Both the position numbers and the translations under genes were made by a program. From the NCBI GenBank assembly GCA_002423385.1, contig DIVV01000217.1, positions 8,781 through 72,780 on the forward strand: a stretch of 64,000 nucleotides of DNA. The letters are read 5' to 3'. The DNA comes from a bacterium UBP16_UBA6123. Lineage in GTDB: Bacteria; Muiribacteriota; UBA9980. How positions within the stretch are numbered: the first letter of the stretch is position 1; each line of letters opens with the position of its first letter. Below the pieces are notes generated by a model that saw only the letters and a list, made by a program, of their open reading frames with translations, had not been told where the DNA came from and did no database searches. Positions 30,001 to 33,000 of this stretch are shown here, in pieces.

Positions 30001-33000
30001 CGATAATTATCCGACAAAAGGTTTCATAAGGTACCTCACTAAGATAATCGTCGATGGTATAGATAAAGAAGCTCTTAAAAACATATACAATATATCAACA
30101 TTTACTAATATATTGGCTAAAAATGGCGGCGTTGACGATGCCACGGATTATTTCGCTACTATAGCCCGCGGCCCCTGCGGATTTTTCTATAAATTCAGGG
30201 TTACGGCGATAGATTCCGAAGGTAATATTTCCAGTACTGGCGGTATATCACCGGTTAAAAAGGCCCGCGATACGCAGCCGCCGGTCGTCGATTTTGGATA
30301 CGGCTTCGCTTCGGATTATTCGGTAGTAATTACCAAATCGCAGTTAGCAACCGATATATGGGATAAATTCGTTATAACCGACGCCGTGCCGTCATCGGGA
30401 ATTGTAAAAGCTGAATGGTTCTTTGAAATCAGGGACTCCAAACAGACCTGGGATTGGCCGGCTAATAAAGATCATCAAACCATTACATATTTTAATGGTT
30501 CGGAAGCGGTAAGCGTTTCGTGCAATCGTGAAATAGTAACAAAAGCTCCGTGGTATCCGACGCGTAATAAGTTTGTTCGCGCCGGTACATATAGAATTTT
30601 TGTGAGGGCATACGATAAAGACGGAAACTATAATACTAACTATGCATGGCAGACTTATAACGTAGTAGCTTCCGATCCTTATAAGTTAGTTTTTGCCGAT
30701 GAATCGTCGTTAAAATTCGACGCTTTAGGAAGGCTTATCGATTACACGCCGTTGACGCGTGAAACTAACTATAAGGCGCCTTATATGAGAGCCGGCGATA
30801 CTAAAAAACTATATGTAGTATCCGCCGATAAAGATTTCGATATAGTAACTATCGAAGCTGATTCAGGTTTTGTGAGATTCGATACATCTAACGCCGTTAA
30901 AAATGGAAGTGATCCGATGGCGAGCGTCAGGATATATCATGGTCTTGAAAGTAATGGAATGACCACTACCGAAGCGTTTAAACTCAGCGACACTACTAAA
31001 ATGGCTATTTTAGAACCAGATGTTATCGGAGTTAATTCGATGTGGTCGAAGGGTTTTGTAACCATAATGTATTATGAAACCCGTGATATCAATACCGAAG
31101 ACGGTCGCAGCGATATGCAGATAATGATAAGTTCGCCTTCATTCTCGCAGAACGCTATGGCTGATATCGAATTAAGGCCGAATGTATTCCATCACCTTAA
31201 ATTCGATAACGAACCTCCGTTCACCGAATATAAAAAGCCTTATAATTTTAAAGCCGATGAAGGCGTTTTGATAAGTTTCGACAGGCGCGACGAATATGAT
31301 AACTTAATTTATTCGTCTGAAGATACCGAAGCGGTAGCGGTAAGTTTTATAAACGAACACACCTCTACTATTGATGGTAATATCATTAACAGATACAATT
31401 ATCATCATAACAACGGCAGGTTATACTGGAATTCAAAATCAGGTTCTAATTCTACTTTAAAGGCCGTAGATGACGAGGGCTGGTATCCATGGGAAGTCGC
31501 TTCCGCGGAAACCGAACCGGTCGGTATAGCTCTTGGCAGTTCCGGTAATTTTACAGACGGTCACGTATTTAAAATAGAAGACGCTATTTATTCCAGTTCG
31601 AATACTTCGAAATCCACCTACGTAGTTGACGGCACGCAGAGAATTAAACTGATATCGACTCTGGCGAGCCGGCCGGATCGCTATGATAAACATCAATTTA
31701 TAATCAACGGCAAGAAGTCGTCATTATGGTACAACGACACTTTCGCTACAGGTGAAACGCTGCTTACAGCTTATATCTACGCTTTCGATACGACCGAATC
31801 GCGGTTTGAAGTTGAAAAGCCTTTACAGCAGGTTGAAATTGAAGTGCAGCATTCGTCGGCGCCCGGCAGGCTCAAAATTACCGGTATCGGCACTTATAAG
31901 ACGATGGGCGGCACTCTGGTGACCGGCGGCCCGCAGGCGGGTTTATATAATAAATTCCACGTGGACGCTACTGACAGATGGTCGAATCCTATGGTAGAGA
32001 CGGGTTCATTTATGGCAGCGCTTAAGGCCTATCCGAAGGATGCGGAGCTGGTTAACAGGATGACCATATACTATGGAAATAAAAACAAATCAAGTTTTGT
32101 TTTTTATAACCTTGAAGGTAATATGGTCAATTCCATTAGAATAGCTGATGGCGGCGCCGATTTCTACTATCAGGATATGGTGGCTTCGCGCAATCTTACT
32201 GCGGATCGTAAATATAACAAAAATAAATCGACGGTATCGGTAATTGAAATTATCGATACGCGACTTACGGCCGGTTTTGAAAACGATTCGGAAGAAGTTG
32301 AATTGACCGCCGATCGTGGCGATTACGTTGTAGACAGTTATGACGTCAACTGCGATAGGCATAGATTCGGCGGAAAATTACCAGAACTCGAAGAAAGCGC
32401 CTATACTATAGACGATTTAGACGCCGCGCGTTTTTCTCTTGAAGTTAACGATGAAGCGCATAACTCGCTTGAAAGACTCGAAGGCATGATCGCTGAGACT
32501 ATCACCGTAAATCTTTTTGATAGATACGGCAATTTGTGTGATGCTTTTGGCGAAGGCACGAATGGCGTCGGCTTCGTGGAATCCGGTTATCCGACAGTGC
32601 TCATTAAAGACCGTCGGGAAGAAGATGAATACCGTACGCCGCATCCGCCTGATTTTGCGGGCGATGAAGAGATTAGCGCGGATACCATCCCGCTCGGCGA
32701 AGTGCCGTATACTCTCAACGGTATTGGAACTCCAGGTTTTGTAGAAGGCGTTCTGCGTCAGGATCTTTCTATAGAAACAAGCGGCGTTATTTTATTGTTA
32801 AAGTATAAGGCCGAACTGCCCTGCTCGTATAAAACATATAAGCCCGAAGGCACTTTAGAGGTTGCCGTCGGTCTTATAGAGCCCAAATTGTGGGGCGGCG
32901 TTTCGGAAACTTACTTCTATCAGGAGCTGGATAAGAAGATTATACACGATTATATCCGTGAGGCAAACACTGCCATAAGCGAAGGCAAAAATATCAAAGA